Both the position numbers and the translations under genes were made by a program. Shown here piece after piece: positions 52,860 to 63,007 of a stretch of DNA of 64,000 nucleotides. Position 1 is the first letter of the stretch; the number at the start of each line of letters is the position of its first letter. A model generated the notes under the pieces. That model had not been told where the DNA came from. It saw only the letters and a list, made by a program, of their open reading frames with translations, and did no database searches. Source of the stretch: an uncultured Bacillales bacterium (GTDB lineage: Bacteria; Bacillota_I; Bacilli_A; RF39; UBA660); the NCBI GenBank assembly GCA_946539445.1, contig CAMNHK010000002.1, positions 41,744 through 105,743 of the forward strand. Direction: 5' to 3'.

Positions 52860-53904
52860 TTACTTTTGTCATTCCTTTTTTTAAATCTTTTTGAAAGAAA
52901 TAATAAGTAGTTCTAACAAGTAAATAACAAGGAAGTGCCGCGATAATACCAACAACTCCTGCCAATGTACCGCCCACTGAAACCACCATAATCGTTATTA
53001 ATGGATTTACATTATTCGTTTTACCATATACTCTTGGACTAATAATATATCCATCCAATTGAGGAAATATCAAGCAAATAACAATGGTTGCGATAACTAG
53101 TCCTGGAGAAACAACACTAGCTAAAACAATCGCAATTAAATTGGTAATAAGTCCTCCGAAATAAGGAATTACCGTAGTAACGCAAGCAAGAACTCCTAAT
53201 ATTAACCAGTTAGGATGTCCAATGATAAAGAATAACAAACTATATTCAAAAAGTTGAATCATCATGAATATTTCAAGTCCTTTTAAATATTGTGTTATTT
53301 CCAAATCCATACAACGAATATATTCTAATAATCGTTTATGAGTGGCCTTTAATAAATTCTTAAATCCTCTACGAATCTTATCCATATCCGCCAAGAAATA
53401 AATAAAGCCTACAAATCCCACAATAAATTTACTAAAGAAATTAACGGATTTTCCGATAATATCAATGGTAGTCGAGGAAGTAACCGTTCCTAAATCTTTT
53501 AAAGTCGAATTCAAATAATCCGTAATTTTGATTTGAAAAGAGCCAACATTAATATCAAACTTAGTACTAATATTATTCAAAACTTCCACAATCATTTTAA
53601 CAAGTAAAGATAATTGATCATATAAAAGTGGTAAGGTAATCCACATTAATCCAAATAGGAAGAGAACAATCAAAAGAATCGTAATTAATATGGCAACAAC
53701 ATGAGGAATTCCCTTTTTTTCAAGCCATCTCACCAAAGGAGTAAAAGCATAAGCAAAAGCAAATCCTATTATAAAAGGAGACAAGACCGATAAACATTTC
53801 GATAGTATTCCCCACCAAAGACCTATATTAGAAAAACCAATATATAAAAGAAGCATCAAAGCTGCTAGATTAATAATCTGATAATTTAATTTATTCTCAA
53901 ACAT
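52846..53904 (-). CDS. AI-2E family transporter (PerM/UPF0118)
   Basis: 352 aa with ~8 helices. C-terminal IPYFGGLI...P, layout typical of the family. Confidence 0.8.
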   Translation of the reverse strand: MFENKLNYQIINLAALMLLLYIGFSNIGLWWGILSKCLSVLSPFIIGFAFAYAFTPLVRWLEKKGIPHVVAILITILLIVLFLFGLMWITLPLLYDQLSLLVKMIVEVLNNISTKFDINVGSFQIKITDYLNSTLKDLGTVTSSTTIDIIGKSVNFFSKFIVGFVGFIYFLADMDKIRRGFKNLLKATHKRLLEYIRCMDLEITQYLKGLEIFMMIQLFEYSLLFFIIGHPNWLILGVLACVTTVIPYFGGLITNLIAIVLASVVSPGLVIATIVICLIFPQLDGYIISPRVYGKTNNVNPLITIMVVSVGGTLAGVVGIIAALPCYLLVRTTYYFFQKDLKKGMTKVKETM

Positions 53905-53908
53905 TTCA

Positions 53909-54343
53909 TTACCTCTCTAACAGAATTGTAGTAGGACCAATATTTGTAATAGATACAACCATATCGGCTCCAAACTTTCCTGTTTCAACGTCAACATAAT
54001 TACGTAATTCTTGATTAAAAGCATCATACAAAGTAGTAGCTAACTCTCCTTTTAAGGCTTGAACATAACTAGGTCTATTCCCTTTTTTCGTATCGGCATA
54101 TAAAGTAAATTGAGAAATCGATAAAATACTACCACCATACTCTAAAATACTCTTATTCATTACATCATTCTCATCCGGAAAAATACGCAATTGAACCACT
54201 TTTTTAGCTAAATAAGAAACCGTTTCTAATGTATCTCCTTCGGTAAAACCCACTAGAAGTACAAGACCACTATCAATCTTTCCAACCACTTTTTCTTCAA
54301 TGGAAACTTGTGCTTTACCACTTCTTTGAACTAATACTCTCAT
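53909..54343 (-). CDS. dtd: D-aminoacyl-tRNA deacylase
   Basis: MRVLVQR, SQFTLYADTKKGNRPSY and GPTTILLE. Overlaps the relA stop by 4 nt. Confidence 0.95.
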   Translation of the reverse strand: MRVLVQRSGKAQVSIEEKVVGKIDSGLVLLVGFTEGDTLETVSYLAKKVVQLRIFPDENDVMNKSILEYGGSILSISQFTLYADTKKGNRPSYVQALKGELATTLYDAFNQELRNYVDVETGKFGADMVVSITNIGPTTILLER

Positions 54344-56502
54344 CGAAAAGCCCTCTCTACTTTCTCAATATAATTATTCTTTTGAATTGCTAATAAAAGC
54401 TTATTTAATTGCTCCAAACCTGTAACATAACAAGTAATTTCATAGATACAATTTTCTTCTTTACTCATTGTTTTAATCCCATCAACCGATACATTAATAC
54501 TAGAAATCGTTTGAACCAAATCCAACATATGATTCTCACTATCTTTGGTATAAACCAATAAACAAGTTAAGTATCTCTTATTAACATTTGTATTCCAGTT
54601 TACTTCCAACGTACGATCTTCTAACATTTCCAAATTATGACAATTCATACGATGAACCGTAATTCCATTTCCTTTAGTAATATATCCAACAATAGAATCA
54701 CCAAATACTGGATTACAGCAATTAGCTAAATTAACTTTTACTTTATCAATTCCACTAACAATAATATCTGCATCAATACTCTTGGTAGATACTTTAACAA
54801 CCTTAGGAACTGGTGCCTCCTCAGTTTTATCAATAACATTGATAACCCCATTAACGGTTGCTTTTCCGTTACCAATATTTAAATAAATCTCATCTAAGTC
54901 TTCTACTTTAATAGATTCACAAATCTTTTTAACATTTTCATCCGTTAAAAAATCAGAGAAAACAAGTTTACGCTTACGTAATTCTTTTTCCAAAGCATAC
55001 TTACCACGTTCAATATATATTTCACGATCATTTTTTGTAAAGAAAGCTTTAATCTTATTCTTAGTAGCAGTACTCTTTACCATATTAACCCACTCTTTAG
55101 AAGGAGTAGAATTTTTATTGGTATTAATTTTTACAATATCATTATCTTGCAATTCATAATTTAACGGAACAATATTATTATTAACAATAGCTCCAACAGT
55201 AGTTTCCCCTACTTTGGTATGAATCTTATAAGCAAAATCCAAAGGAGTAGATCCTCTTGGTAATTCTATGACGTCTCCTTTTGGTGTATAACAATAAATA
55301 TTATTATTTAATACTTCATCTTTTACGGTATTAACAAAATCCTCACTACTCATTTTGTCATGACTTAAATCAATAATAGATTTAAAAAATTGTAATTTTT
55401 GTTCCGTAGTAGATTGTAAATTAGCCGCAGTATTACTTCCACCATTTTCCTTATAAGCCCAGTGGGAAGCAATACCATTTTCAGCCACTTCATCCATATC
55501 ATACGTACGAATTTGAATTTCAAACAAATAACCATCAATTCCAAAAACCGTAGTATGCAAAGATTGATACATATTAGGTTTTGGCATTGCGATATAATCT
55601 TTAAAACGCTTAGGTAAAGGTCGGAATTTAGAGTGAATCAATCCCAATGCCAAATAACACTCTTGCTCGGTATTAACTAAAATCCGAAGAGCTAATAAAT
55701 CATAAATATCACTGAATTTTTTTCCTTTATCCAATTTATTATAAATACTATAAATACTTTTTGCTCTACCTTTTATTTCATGAGGAATATGATGCTCATT
55801 TAATAAATCCGTGACTTCTACCTGCATATCATATACAGCTTTATCACGCTCTAATTTTGTTTTATTCAATTTTTCAGCAATATCATAAAACACATCTGGT
55901 TTTAAATAACGTAAAGACAAATCTTCTAATTCACTTTTAATTTTATGAATTCCTAAATGGTGCGCTATAGGAGCCAAAATATCTAAAGCTTCATGAGCTT
56001 TTACCTTCTGACGATCTTCTGGAATCGCCCATAACGTTCTCATATTATGAAGACGATCAGCTAATTTTATAATAATAACACGAACGTCTTCACTCATTCC
56101 AACAATAATTTTTTTATAATAATCAATCAAATATTCATTCTCTGTAGAAAAATGAATTTTACTTAATTTCGTAACCCCTTGTACTAATTTTGTTATCGTT
56201 TTTCCAAAAGTTTCTTCCATCTCTTCTTCTGTACAATCGCAATCTTCCAAAACATCATGCATAAGTCCAGCCGAAATTGTTTCATAATCGGCATACACAG
56301 AAATAAGAATTAAGGCAACATTCATCGGATGATAAATGTATGCCTCTCCACTTTTTCGATATTGACCTTCATGTTTTTCTTTTGCAAACAAGTAGGCCTT
56401 TTCTATTACACGAATTTGTTCTTCATCTTCAATATAAGAACGAGCTTTGGAAAGAATCTCATCGATTGTAAGATCTTCTTTCATCTTTGACAAAGAACTC
56501 AT
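54340..56502 (-). CDS. relA: Bifunctional (p)ppGpp synthetase/hydrolase (RelA/SpoT homologue)
   Basis: 720 aa. HD domain (HDVLED), synthetase motifs (RAKSIYSIYNKL, YQSLHTTV), then TGS and ACT-like C-terminal regions. Confidence 0.95.
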   Translation of the reverse strand: MSSLSKMKEDLTIDEILSKARSYIEDEEQIRVIEKAYLFAKEKHEGQYRKSGEAYIYHPMNVALILISVYADYETISAGLMHDVLEDCDCTEEEMEETFGKTITKLVQGVTKLSKIHFSTENEYLIDYYKKIIVGMSEDVRVIIIKLADRLHNMRTLWAIPEDRQKVKAHEALDILAPIAHHLGIHKIKSELEDLSLRYLKPDVFYDIAEKLNKTKLERDKAVYDMQVEVTDLLNEHHIPHEIKGRAKSIYSIYNKLDKGKKFSDIYDLLALRILVNTEQECYLALGLIHSKFRPLPKRFKDYIAMPKPNMYQSLHTTVFGIDGYLFEIQIRTYDMDEVAENGIASHWAYKENGGSNTAANLQSTTEQKLQFFKSIIDLSHDKMSSEDFVNTVKDEVLNNNIYCYTPKGDVIELPRGSTPLDFAYKIHTKVGETTVGAIVNNNIVPLNYELQDNDIVKINTNKNSTPSKEWVNMVKSTATKNKIKAFFTKNDREIYIERGKYALEKELRKRKLVFSDFLTDENVKKICESIKVEDLDEIYLNIGNGKATVNGVINVIDKTEEAPVPKVVKVSTKSIDADIIVSGIDKVKVNLANCCNPVFGDSIVGYITKGNGITVHRMNCHNLEMLEDRTLEVNWNTNVNKRYLTCLLVYTKDSENHMLDLVQTISSINVSVDGIKTMSKEENCIYEITCYVTGLEQLNKLLLAIQKNNYIEKVERAFR

Positions 56503-56513
56503 CTCCCCTCAAA

Positions 56514-58802
56514 CTAACAATTTATTCCTTTTATTTTCTTTTCTTGTAAATCATCTTCATATACTTTTTTAACTTTTTCTTTTTTACCTAAATTTTTCTT
56601 TTCAAAAAACATATATACAACCGTTGCAATAAAGATAGAAGAAAAAGTACCAGCAATTAGACCAAATAACATAGCCATATTGAAAGTAAAGATTCCACTA
56701 GATCCTAATATCAATAATACAACAACTGGTAATAAAGTAGTAATCGTTGTATAAATCGTTCTTGTAAAGGTTTCTTGAATACTACGATTACATACTTGAT
56801 AGAACTCATCATACGTAAGTTTTTCATGATCTACTTTTTTCAAATTCTCACGAATTCTATCGAAAGAAACAATCGTATCATTAATAGAATATCCGATAAT
56901 GGCAAGAACAGCTGCAATAAACATAGAACTAACTTCTAAACGGAAAATAGCAAATAAAGCAAACATCATAGCCACGTCATGAATTAAGGCAACAACTCCT
57001 CCAATCGCATAACTAAATTTAAAACGAATAGATACATAAACAATAATACCAATTAAAGCAATCAATACAGAAAGAATAGCATTTTTAACAAGTTCTTTTT
57101 GAACTAAGTTAGAAACAACTCCAATATTAACTTTAGCATCATATTTATCTTCAAAATATTTATTAACTTCTTTTACTTGCTCTCCACTGAAAGATTCATC
57201 AATACGAATGCTAACTTCATCGTTTGCTTTGGTAATAGAACTAGCTGTATATCCTAATTCTTTTAAATCTTTCTCAATACCAGAAACGGTCATTTTTTCA
57301 CTACTAACAACTGTAATAGAAGTTCCTGCTTTATAATCGATTCCTAAATTAAGTCCCTTAGTAGATAAGAAAATTCCACCAACAACTAAAATCACAAAAG
57401 CAATTAAAACAGCAATCTTTCTAAATCCTAAGAAATCAACTTTAGCAAAACGATTTGGTTTTGCTTTTTCATTTTTATTAACATTTGGAATATCTTCTTT
57501 ATTAACATGAATAAACAATCCAACTTTGTCATCAAAGAATCCAGTTTTAACAAACATACGAAGTAAGAATCGAGTTAAGAATACCATAGTAAACATAGTA
57601 ACTAATACGGTGATAATTAACATCGTAGCAAAACCTTTAATACTAGATTCTCCTAAAATAAACATAATAATCGCAACAATAATAGTCGTTAAATTAGAGT
57701 CCAATATAGCACTCCAGCTTTCCTTAGAACCCTCTAAGAAAGCAGTAGGTAAACTCTTACCTTTTAATAATTCTTCTCGAATACGAGCAAAAGTAATAAC
57801 ATTAGAATCCACTGCCATACCAATACCTAATACTAAAGCAGCAATTCCAGGTAATGTTAATACTCCTCCAACAATCCAAAATACTCCAAATACTAAGAAT
57901 GTATAAAGTAACATAGAAATGGATGAAATAAATCCTGCAAAATGATAAATAATCATTAATAAAATCATAATAGCAGCAATCGCAATAATACCAGCAATCA
58001 AAGTAGTATGTAGAGTTTGATCTCCGAAAGAAGCTCCAACCGTAGTAGAAGACAACTCTGTTAACTTACTTGGTAAAGATCCACTATTAATCAAATCAAC
58101 TAAGTTACTAACTTCTTCTAAAGTAAAGTTTCCTTGAATAATAACATCACTAGCGAATCCTTGAGAAACAGTAGCGGCACTCAAACATCTAGAACCACTC
58201 GTTCCACATTTTCCAGCTTCTTTAGCATAACTGTCTGTTAAAGCATTATAGTCTAACCAAATAACAATCATATTATTTTCTTTTTGACTAATATTACTTG
58301 TAACTTCATAAAATTTATCTTTATCTTTGATAGATAATGCAACCGCAGGATTTCCAACAGAATCTTGTCCAATTTTTGCTTTACCTGCTTGTAACACTTC
58401 ACTAGTCATTAATAAATTATCTTCTGTATCACGGAATGATAAAGTCGCAACCGTAGATAATTGAGTACGGGCTTCTTCTGGATTTTTAACTCCCGCTAGT
58501 TTTACACGAATCTTATCATTTCCCTCTACAATAATTTCTGGTTCACTAACCCCTAAGCTATCAATTCTTTTACTTAATGTCTTATAGGTAGAAACAATTT
58601 TTTCGTTTGTCATTTTAGAACCATCAATGGATTCAGCCTTATAAAGAATTTCAAATCCACCTTGTAAATCCAAACCAAATTTCAAACTCTTAAAAAGTGG
58701 AACAAACAAAAAACCGATTCCTACTGCAATCAAAAGTAATAGAATGGAATTTCGAATAACTTTTCCTTTTCCTTTTTGTTTTTCTTTTTTCATGTCTTTC
58801 AC
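56514..58802 (-). CDS. secDF: Protein translocase subunit SecDF (fused)
   Basis: 762 aa with LDLQGG, a large first periplasmic domain and two 6-TM modules (DSNVITFARIRE, NDTIVSFDRIRE). Confidence 0.95.
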   Translation of the reverse strand: MKDMKKEKQKGKGKVIRNSILLLLIAVGIGFLFVPLFKSLKFGLDLQGGFEILYKAESIDGSKMTNEKIVSTYKTLSKRIDSLGVSEPEIIVEGNDKIRVKLAGVKNPEEARTQLSTVATLSFRDTEDNLLMTSEVLQAGKAKIGQDSVGNPAVALSIKDKDKFYEVTSNISQKENNMIVIWLDYNALTDSYAKEAGKCGTSGSRCLSAATVSQGFASDVIIQGNFTLEEVSNLVDLINSGSLPSKLTELSSTTVGASFGDQTLHTTLIAGIIAIAAIMILLMIIYHFAGFISSISMLLYTFLVFGVFWIVGGVLTLPGIAALVLGIGMAVDSNVITFARIREELLKGKSLPTAFLEGSKESWSAILDSNLTTIIVAIIMFILGESSIKGFATMLIITVLVTMFTMVFLTRFLLRMFVKTGFFDDKVGLFIHVNKEDIPNVNKNEKAKPNRFAKVDFLGFRKIAVLIAFVILVVGGIFLSTKGLNLGIDYKAGTSITVVSSEKMTVSGIEKDLKELGYTASSITKANDEVSIRIDESFSGEQVKEVNKYFEDKYDAKVNIGVVSNLVQKELVKNAILSVLIALIGIIVYVSIRFKFSYAIGGVVALIHDVAMMFALFAIFRLEVSSMFIAAVLAIIGYSINDTIVSFDRIRENLKKVDHEKLTYDEFYQVCNRSIQETFTRTIYTTITTLLPVVVLLILGSSGIFTFNMAMLFGLIAGTFSSIFIATVVYMFFEKKNLGKKEKVKKVYEDDLQEKKIKGINC

Positions 58803-58803
58803 C

Positions 58804-59097
58804 TCATATTATACTTATATCCTCAAAAGATGATTCCTTTATAGAAGATTTCTTTTTTTCCCAATAATCATAAATCATATGACAATCTGTATTTAAAATG
58901 TCATCTACAATATCCGAAAGCATAAGACCATGTCCCATCTTCCATCTTGTCTCGATTAGATAATTCCAAATATCAACACTATGAATGGATAAGTATCCTA
59001 AGCGTTGAAATTCTTCCTCTTTAACATGTAAAGCAGGTTGAACTCTTTGGAACAATTCTAATTGGGAATGAAATTCATAATCCATAAAAGACCACAT
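58804..59097 (-). CDS. ComN/YrzD-like post-transcriptional regulator family protein
   Basis: 97 aa with F-Q-R-L-G-Y...I...D-I-W-N-Y-L...W-K...L-S-D-I-V-D-D-I-L. Sits directly upstream of secDF, as in B. subtilis. Confidence 0.55.
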   Translation of the reverse strand: MWSFMDYEFHSQLELFQRVQPALHVKEEEFQRLGYLSIHSVDIWNYLIETRWKMGHGLMLSDIVDDILNTDCHMIYDYWEKKKSSIKESSFEDISII

Positions 59098-59156
59098 CCC
59101 TTTTTTGAATCAATATTATTATATCGAATCTGTTTAAAAAATTAAAGAGTTATTGA

Positions 59157-59191
59157 TAAAAAAAGAAAAAGAGCTAATCTTTTTTAGCTCT
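59157..59191 (-). terminator. Terminator after the recombinase gene
   Basis: Minus strand: AGAGCTAA-AAAAGA-TTAGCTCT hairpin overlapping the stop, followed by TTTTCTTTTTTT. Confidence 0.75.
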
Positions 59192-60088
59192 TGGAAAACT
59201 ATGATAGTATACTTCTTTTAATCGATCCGTCGTAACATGAGTATAAATTTGAGTCGCTTTAATGCTTTCATGCCCTAATAATTTTTGAACCGTTAACAAA
59301 TCACAACCTTGATTTAATAAATGAGTCGCAAAACTATGACGAATCATATGAGGAGAAATATTTTTATGAATACTTGTTTTTTGAATGATCTGATTCAATA
59401 TATAACGTACTCCTCGTTCCGTTAAAACTCCCCCATTATGATTAAAGAATAAATAATCACTATTATGAGTATTTAAAGCAACTCTTCCATCCTCCAAATA
59501 TAGTTTTAAAGCCTCTTCACAATACTCTCCATAAGTAACATATCTCTCTTTATTCCCTTTTCCTAAAATCAAGATACTACGATTCCCCAAATCAATATCG
59601 GATACTTTAATTTGAACTAGCTCTCCTACTCGCACTCCAGTAGCATAAAGCATCTCCAATAATAAAGAATCTCTTTGCCCCAATGGAAGAGTTTTATCAG
59701 GAATTAAAAACAATTCTTCCAATTCATTATATTCAAAATAACGAGGTAATTTCTTACTTTTTTTAGGACCATTTACCAAAGAAAAAACGTTACTATCCAC
59801 AACCTTTTCATTGGCTAAATATTTATAAAACCCTCGTAACGAACTTAGTTTTCGGTTAATAGACGAATTATCATCTCTCTTGTTATCTTTCAAATACATT
59901 AAATAAAAACGAATATCGCTATACTGAATACTTTTAAAATCTAAAGATTCACTTTTTATGTAATTCAAATATTCCAAGATATCATCTTGATAATTTAAAA
60001 TCGTATAATCCGAATAATTCTTTTGATATTTTAAATACTCCAAGTAATTAGTTAACTCTGGTACCATTATATCGTTTTTGGAATCCAT
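59174..60088 (-). CDS. Tyrosine recombinase, XerC/XerD type
   Basis: N-terminal SAM-like core-binding domain (YLEYLKYQKNYSDYTILNYQDD) and catalytic R...H-x-x-R...Y (ATGVRVGEL, HMIRHSFATHLL, LGHESIKATQIYTHV). The preferred start at 60088 gives ~304 aa. Confidence 0.85.
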   Translation of the reverse strand: MDSKNDIMVPELTNYLEYLKYQKNYSDYTILNYQDDILEYLNYIKSESLDFKSIQYSDIRFYLMYLKDNKRDDNSSINRKLSSLRGFYKYLANEKVVDSNVFSLVNGPKKSKKLPRYFEYNELEELFLIPDKTLPLGQRDSLLLEMLYATGVRVGELVQIKVSDIDLGNRSILILGKGNKERYVTYGEYCEEALKLYLEDGRVALNTHNSDYLFFNHNGGVLTERGVRYILNQIIQKTSIHKNISPHMIRHSFATHLLNQGCDLLTVQKLLGHESIKATQIYTHVTTDRLKEVYYHSFPRAKKD

Positions 60089-60782
60089 TTTCCTCAACCT
60101 CTTCCCCACGATCCATTTCATCAAATAAGGATATTTGATTTGGATCATAATCTTTATGAGTAACTCTCAATAAATCCGTATCTAATTGACGACGATACAA
60201 ATCATCATTCATAAAAGCATAATGCTGATTTTCAAAACGGGACATAGTCTCCAATATATTTCGAATTAAATAATAAGATTTTATGATCCAAGAGTTACCT
60301 TCATATCGAGTAGCATAAGGAGATTGTAGACGCCAATTGGGTAATAATTTTACAAACTTATCATACAAACTGGTTTTTCCATATACAACAAAATCATAAA
60401 AATCCGAACGTTTTTGAAACTTTTGAAAAAAGCGATGATAGACATGATCAATGGCATCTTGACTCTTATGAATTTTCTTTTGCAAAGAAGCATCCGCAAT
60501 ATCTTGCACTTCACGACTATCAGAGAACAAAACCTCTAACTTTCGAAGAAACACTTGTCCCCCACGCTTCACCTGAGTAACAATATAAAAATCCGTAGAT
60601 TGAGGAATTTCCAAACCTTGTCCTCTTAAATATCCAGCTAATTCCTTCTCATCCATAAAGTCCGTTGTATAAAGATCAATTTCTTCCAAAGTACTTCCGT
60701 ATTGAGAAGACGTTGGTACAATTTGAAAATGATTAGTCTCACGATCTCTTGCTATCAAAAAATAACGATTCGGTTTACTCAT
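60048..60782 (-). CDS. Protein of unknown function (244 aa) between topA and the recombinase
   Basis: Soluble, no motif recognised. Its 3' end overlaps the recombinase start by ~40 nt. Confidence 0.7.
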   Translation of the reverse strand: MSKPNRYFLIARDRETNHFQIVPTSSQYGSTLEEIDLYTTDFMDEKELAGYLRGQGLEIPQSTDFYIVTQVKRGGQVFLRKLEVLFSDSREVQDIADASLQKKIHKSQDAIDHVYHRFFQKFQKRSDFYDFVVYGKTSLYDKFVKLLPNWRLQSPYATRYEGNSWIIKSYYLIRNILETMSRFENQHYAFMNDDLYRRQLDTDLLRVTHKDYDPNQISLFDEMDRGEEVEENGFQKRYNGTRVN

Positions 60783-60810
60783 ATTATCACCTCATTATAA
60801 AGTATACCAT

Positions 60811-60843
60811 AAAAAAAGTATCAAGTCTAATGACTTAATACTT
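60811..60843 (-). terminator. Terminator after topA
   Basis: Minus strand: AAGTATTAAGTC-ATTA-GACTTGATACTT (one mismatch), followed by TTTTTAT. Confidence 0.75.
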
Positions 60844-62866
60844 ATTTTTCTTCGTAGGTACAATTGCTACATTTAACCGTATGATTCTTTTCCGTTAACA
60901 TGCTTCCACATTCTGGACATTTACGATCAACTGGTTTATCCCAATAGGCTGTTTTACATTTTGGATAATGGTTACAACCATAGAATACTTTTCCTTTACG
61001 ACTCTTCTTCTCGATAATTTTTCCATCACAATTTGGACAATCACAAATCTCTACAACAGCAACTTCCTCTTTCTTGATGTACTTACATTCTGGATAGTTA
61101 CTGCAAGCAGTAAATTCTCCAAACTTTCCTTTTCGAATAACCAAAGGATTTCCACATTCTGGACAGATTTCTCCCGTTTCTTCTGGTTTCTTCTTTTCCA
61201 TATCCGTAAAAGCACTTTCAACTCTAGGTTCAAATAAATCATAAAATTTTTGTAAGACTTCATTCCAAACAAGTTTACCATCCGCAATAAAGTCCAAATC
61301 ATTTTCCATATCACGAGTATAATCTGTATTAATCAAATCACTGAAAAACTCTTGTAATTTATCCGTAGTTTCAATACCAATTGTCGTAGGTTTAAATTTT
61401 TTATCTTCTAATGTAACATAATCTCTAGACTTAATAGTATCAATAATCGTTGCATAAGTAGAAGGTCTACCAATTCCTAATTCTTCTAACTCTTTAATAA
61501 GTTTTGCTTCACTATATCGAGCAGGAGGTTGAGTAAAATGCTGACTAGATTCCACATTCGTAGTATGGCATACTTCATGGTCTCCAATCTCTGGTAATAC
61601 TTTATCTTCGTTACTTTCATAATCTTGATAAATCTTTAAATATCCATCAAATAGTAAAACACTACCCGTCGTTTTAAACTTGTAATCATGATTATCAAAA
61701 ATAATCGTCGTTTGATTAACGGTAGCATCAGCCATTAACGAAGCAAGGGTCCTTTTATAAATCAAACTATATAATTTAAATTCATCATTGGACAAATATT
61801 GTTTTACCGTTAATGGATCTCGTAAAACACTAGTAGGACGAATTGCTTCATGAGCATCTTGAACATTGTCCGTCTTCTTAGCTTGTTTTACATACCCAAG
61901 ATAACGTTTTCCATATTTTTCCTCAATATACTTCATAGCAGGTCGTACAAAATCATCCGACAAACGAATGGAATCCGTTCTCATATAAGTAATCAATCCA
62001 ACCGTCTCAGTCCCCAAATCAATTCCTTCATATAATTTTTGAGCAATCGTCATAGTCTTCCGAGCTGGAAATCCTAACTTAATAGAAGCTTCTTGTTGTA
62101 AGGTAGAAGTAATGAACGGGAATTTACTCTTACGAGCTTTTTCTTTTTTCTCAATACTTTCTACGGTATAATCTTCTCCTAAAGCATCTAGTACAGAATT
62201 GGCTTCATCCTCACTATGAAGTTCAATATCATCTTCCTTATATCGAAATAATTCAGCTTCATATTCTGGGAAAATCGCAATAATCTTCCAATACTCTTCC
62301 GGAATAAACGCTTCAATTTCTCTTTCTCGATCAACAATTAATTTAAGAGCAACACTTTGTACTCTTCCAGCACTTTTTGCTCCAATCTTTCTTTGTAGTA
62401 ACTTACTTAAACGAAAGCCAATGATTCGATCTAAAATACGACGAGTTTCCTGAGATTTAACTAAATTATCATCAATCACCGTTGGATTTTGCATAGCTTC
62501 TAACACTTTATCATGAGTAATTTCGTTAAAAAGAACTCGTTTATAATTCTTATCCTTAATACCCAAAGCATCTTTTAAGTGCCAAGCAATTGCTTCTCCC
62601 TCACGATCAGGATCGGATGCTAAATAAACCATATCACTATCTTTAACATCTTTCTTTAGTTCCTTAATAACCGAAGTTTTTCCTTTAATAGGAACATAAT
62701 TTGGTTGAAATCCATGTTCAATATCCACACCAAGTCCAAAAGATCCAGTAGTAGCTAAATCACGAATATGTCCCTTAGAAGAAACAACTTTATAATCCTT
62801 TCCTAAGTACTTTTCAATCGTCTTACTTTTACTAGGACTTTCGACAATCACTAAATTCTTTGCCAT
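60842..62866 (-). CDS. topA: DNA topoisomerase I
   Basis: TOPRIM (LVIVESPSKSKTIEKYLG, DPDREGEAIAWH), the active-site region (ITYMRTDS) and three C-terminal C4 zinc ribbons. Confidence 0.97.
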   Translation of the reverse strand: MAKNLVIVESPSKSKTIEKYLGKDYKVVSSKGHIRDLATTGSFGLGVDIEHGFQPNYVPIKGKTSVIKELKKDVKDSDMVYLASDPDREGEAIAWHLKDALGIKDKNYKRVLFNEITHDKVLEAMQNPTVIDDNLVKSQETRRILDRIIGFRLSKLLQRKIGAKSAGRVQSVALKLIVDREREIEAFIPEEYWKIIAIFPEYEAELFRYKEDDIELHSEDEANSVLDALGEDYTVESIEKKEKARKSKFPFITSTLQQEASIKLGFPARKTMTIAQKLYEGIDLGTETVGLITYMRTDSIRLSDDFVRPAMKYIEEKYGKRYLGYVKQAKKTDNVQDAHEAIRPTSVLRDPLTVKQYLSNDEFKLYSLIYKRTLASLMADATVNQTTIIFDNHDYKFKTTGSVLLFDGYLKIYQDYESNEDKVLPEIGDHEVCHTTNVESSQHFTQPPARYSEAKLIKELEELGIGRPSTYATIIDTIKSRDYVTLEDKKFKPTTIGIETTDKLQEFFSDLINTDYTRDMENDLDFIADGKLVWNEVLQKFYDLFEPRVESAFTDMEKKKPEETGEICPECGNPLVIRKGKFGEFTACSNYPECKYIKKEEVAVVEICDCPNCDGKIIEKKSRKGKVFYGCNHYPKCKTAYWDKPVDRKCPECGSMLTEKNHTVKCSNCTYEEK

Positions 62867-62890
62867 AAACCCACTCCTTAAATATGTATA

Positions 62891-62919
62891 CTTATACTAA
62901 TAAAAATATATTTTGTCAA
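62891..62919 (-). promoter_or_regulatory. Candidate topA promoter
   Basis: Minus strand: TTGACA (62914-62919), a 17-nt spacer, then TATAAG (62891-62896), 25 nt upstream of the ATG. Confidence 0.6.
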
Positions 62920-63007
62920 TATCTAGATAGAACTATTATATCCAAAAATCATTATATCTAGATTTATTCAAAAAATACAAACAAAACAAAAAAAGAAGGT
63001 GTAAAGA

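Noticed and set aside
59174-60088. Tyrosine recombinase as a marker of an integrated prophage or ICE
   Set aside because: It sits in the conserved topA-proximal XerC/CodV position and is flanked by housekeeping genes. It has the XerC/D-type N-terminal domain, and I saw no flanking direct repeats, tRNA target or phage or conjugation genes.
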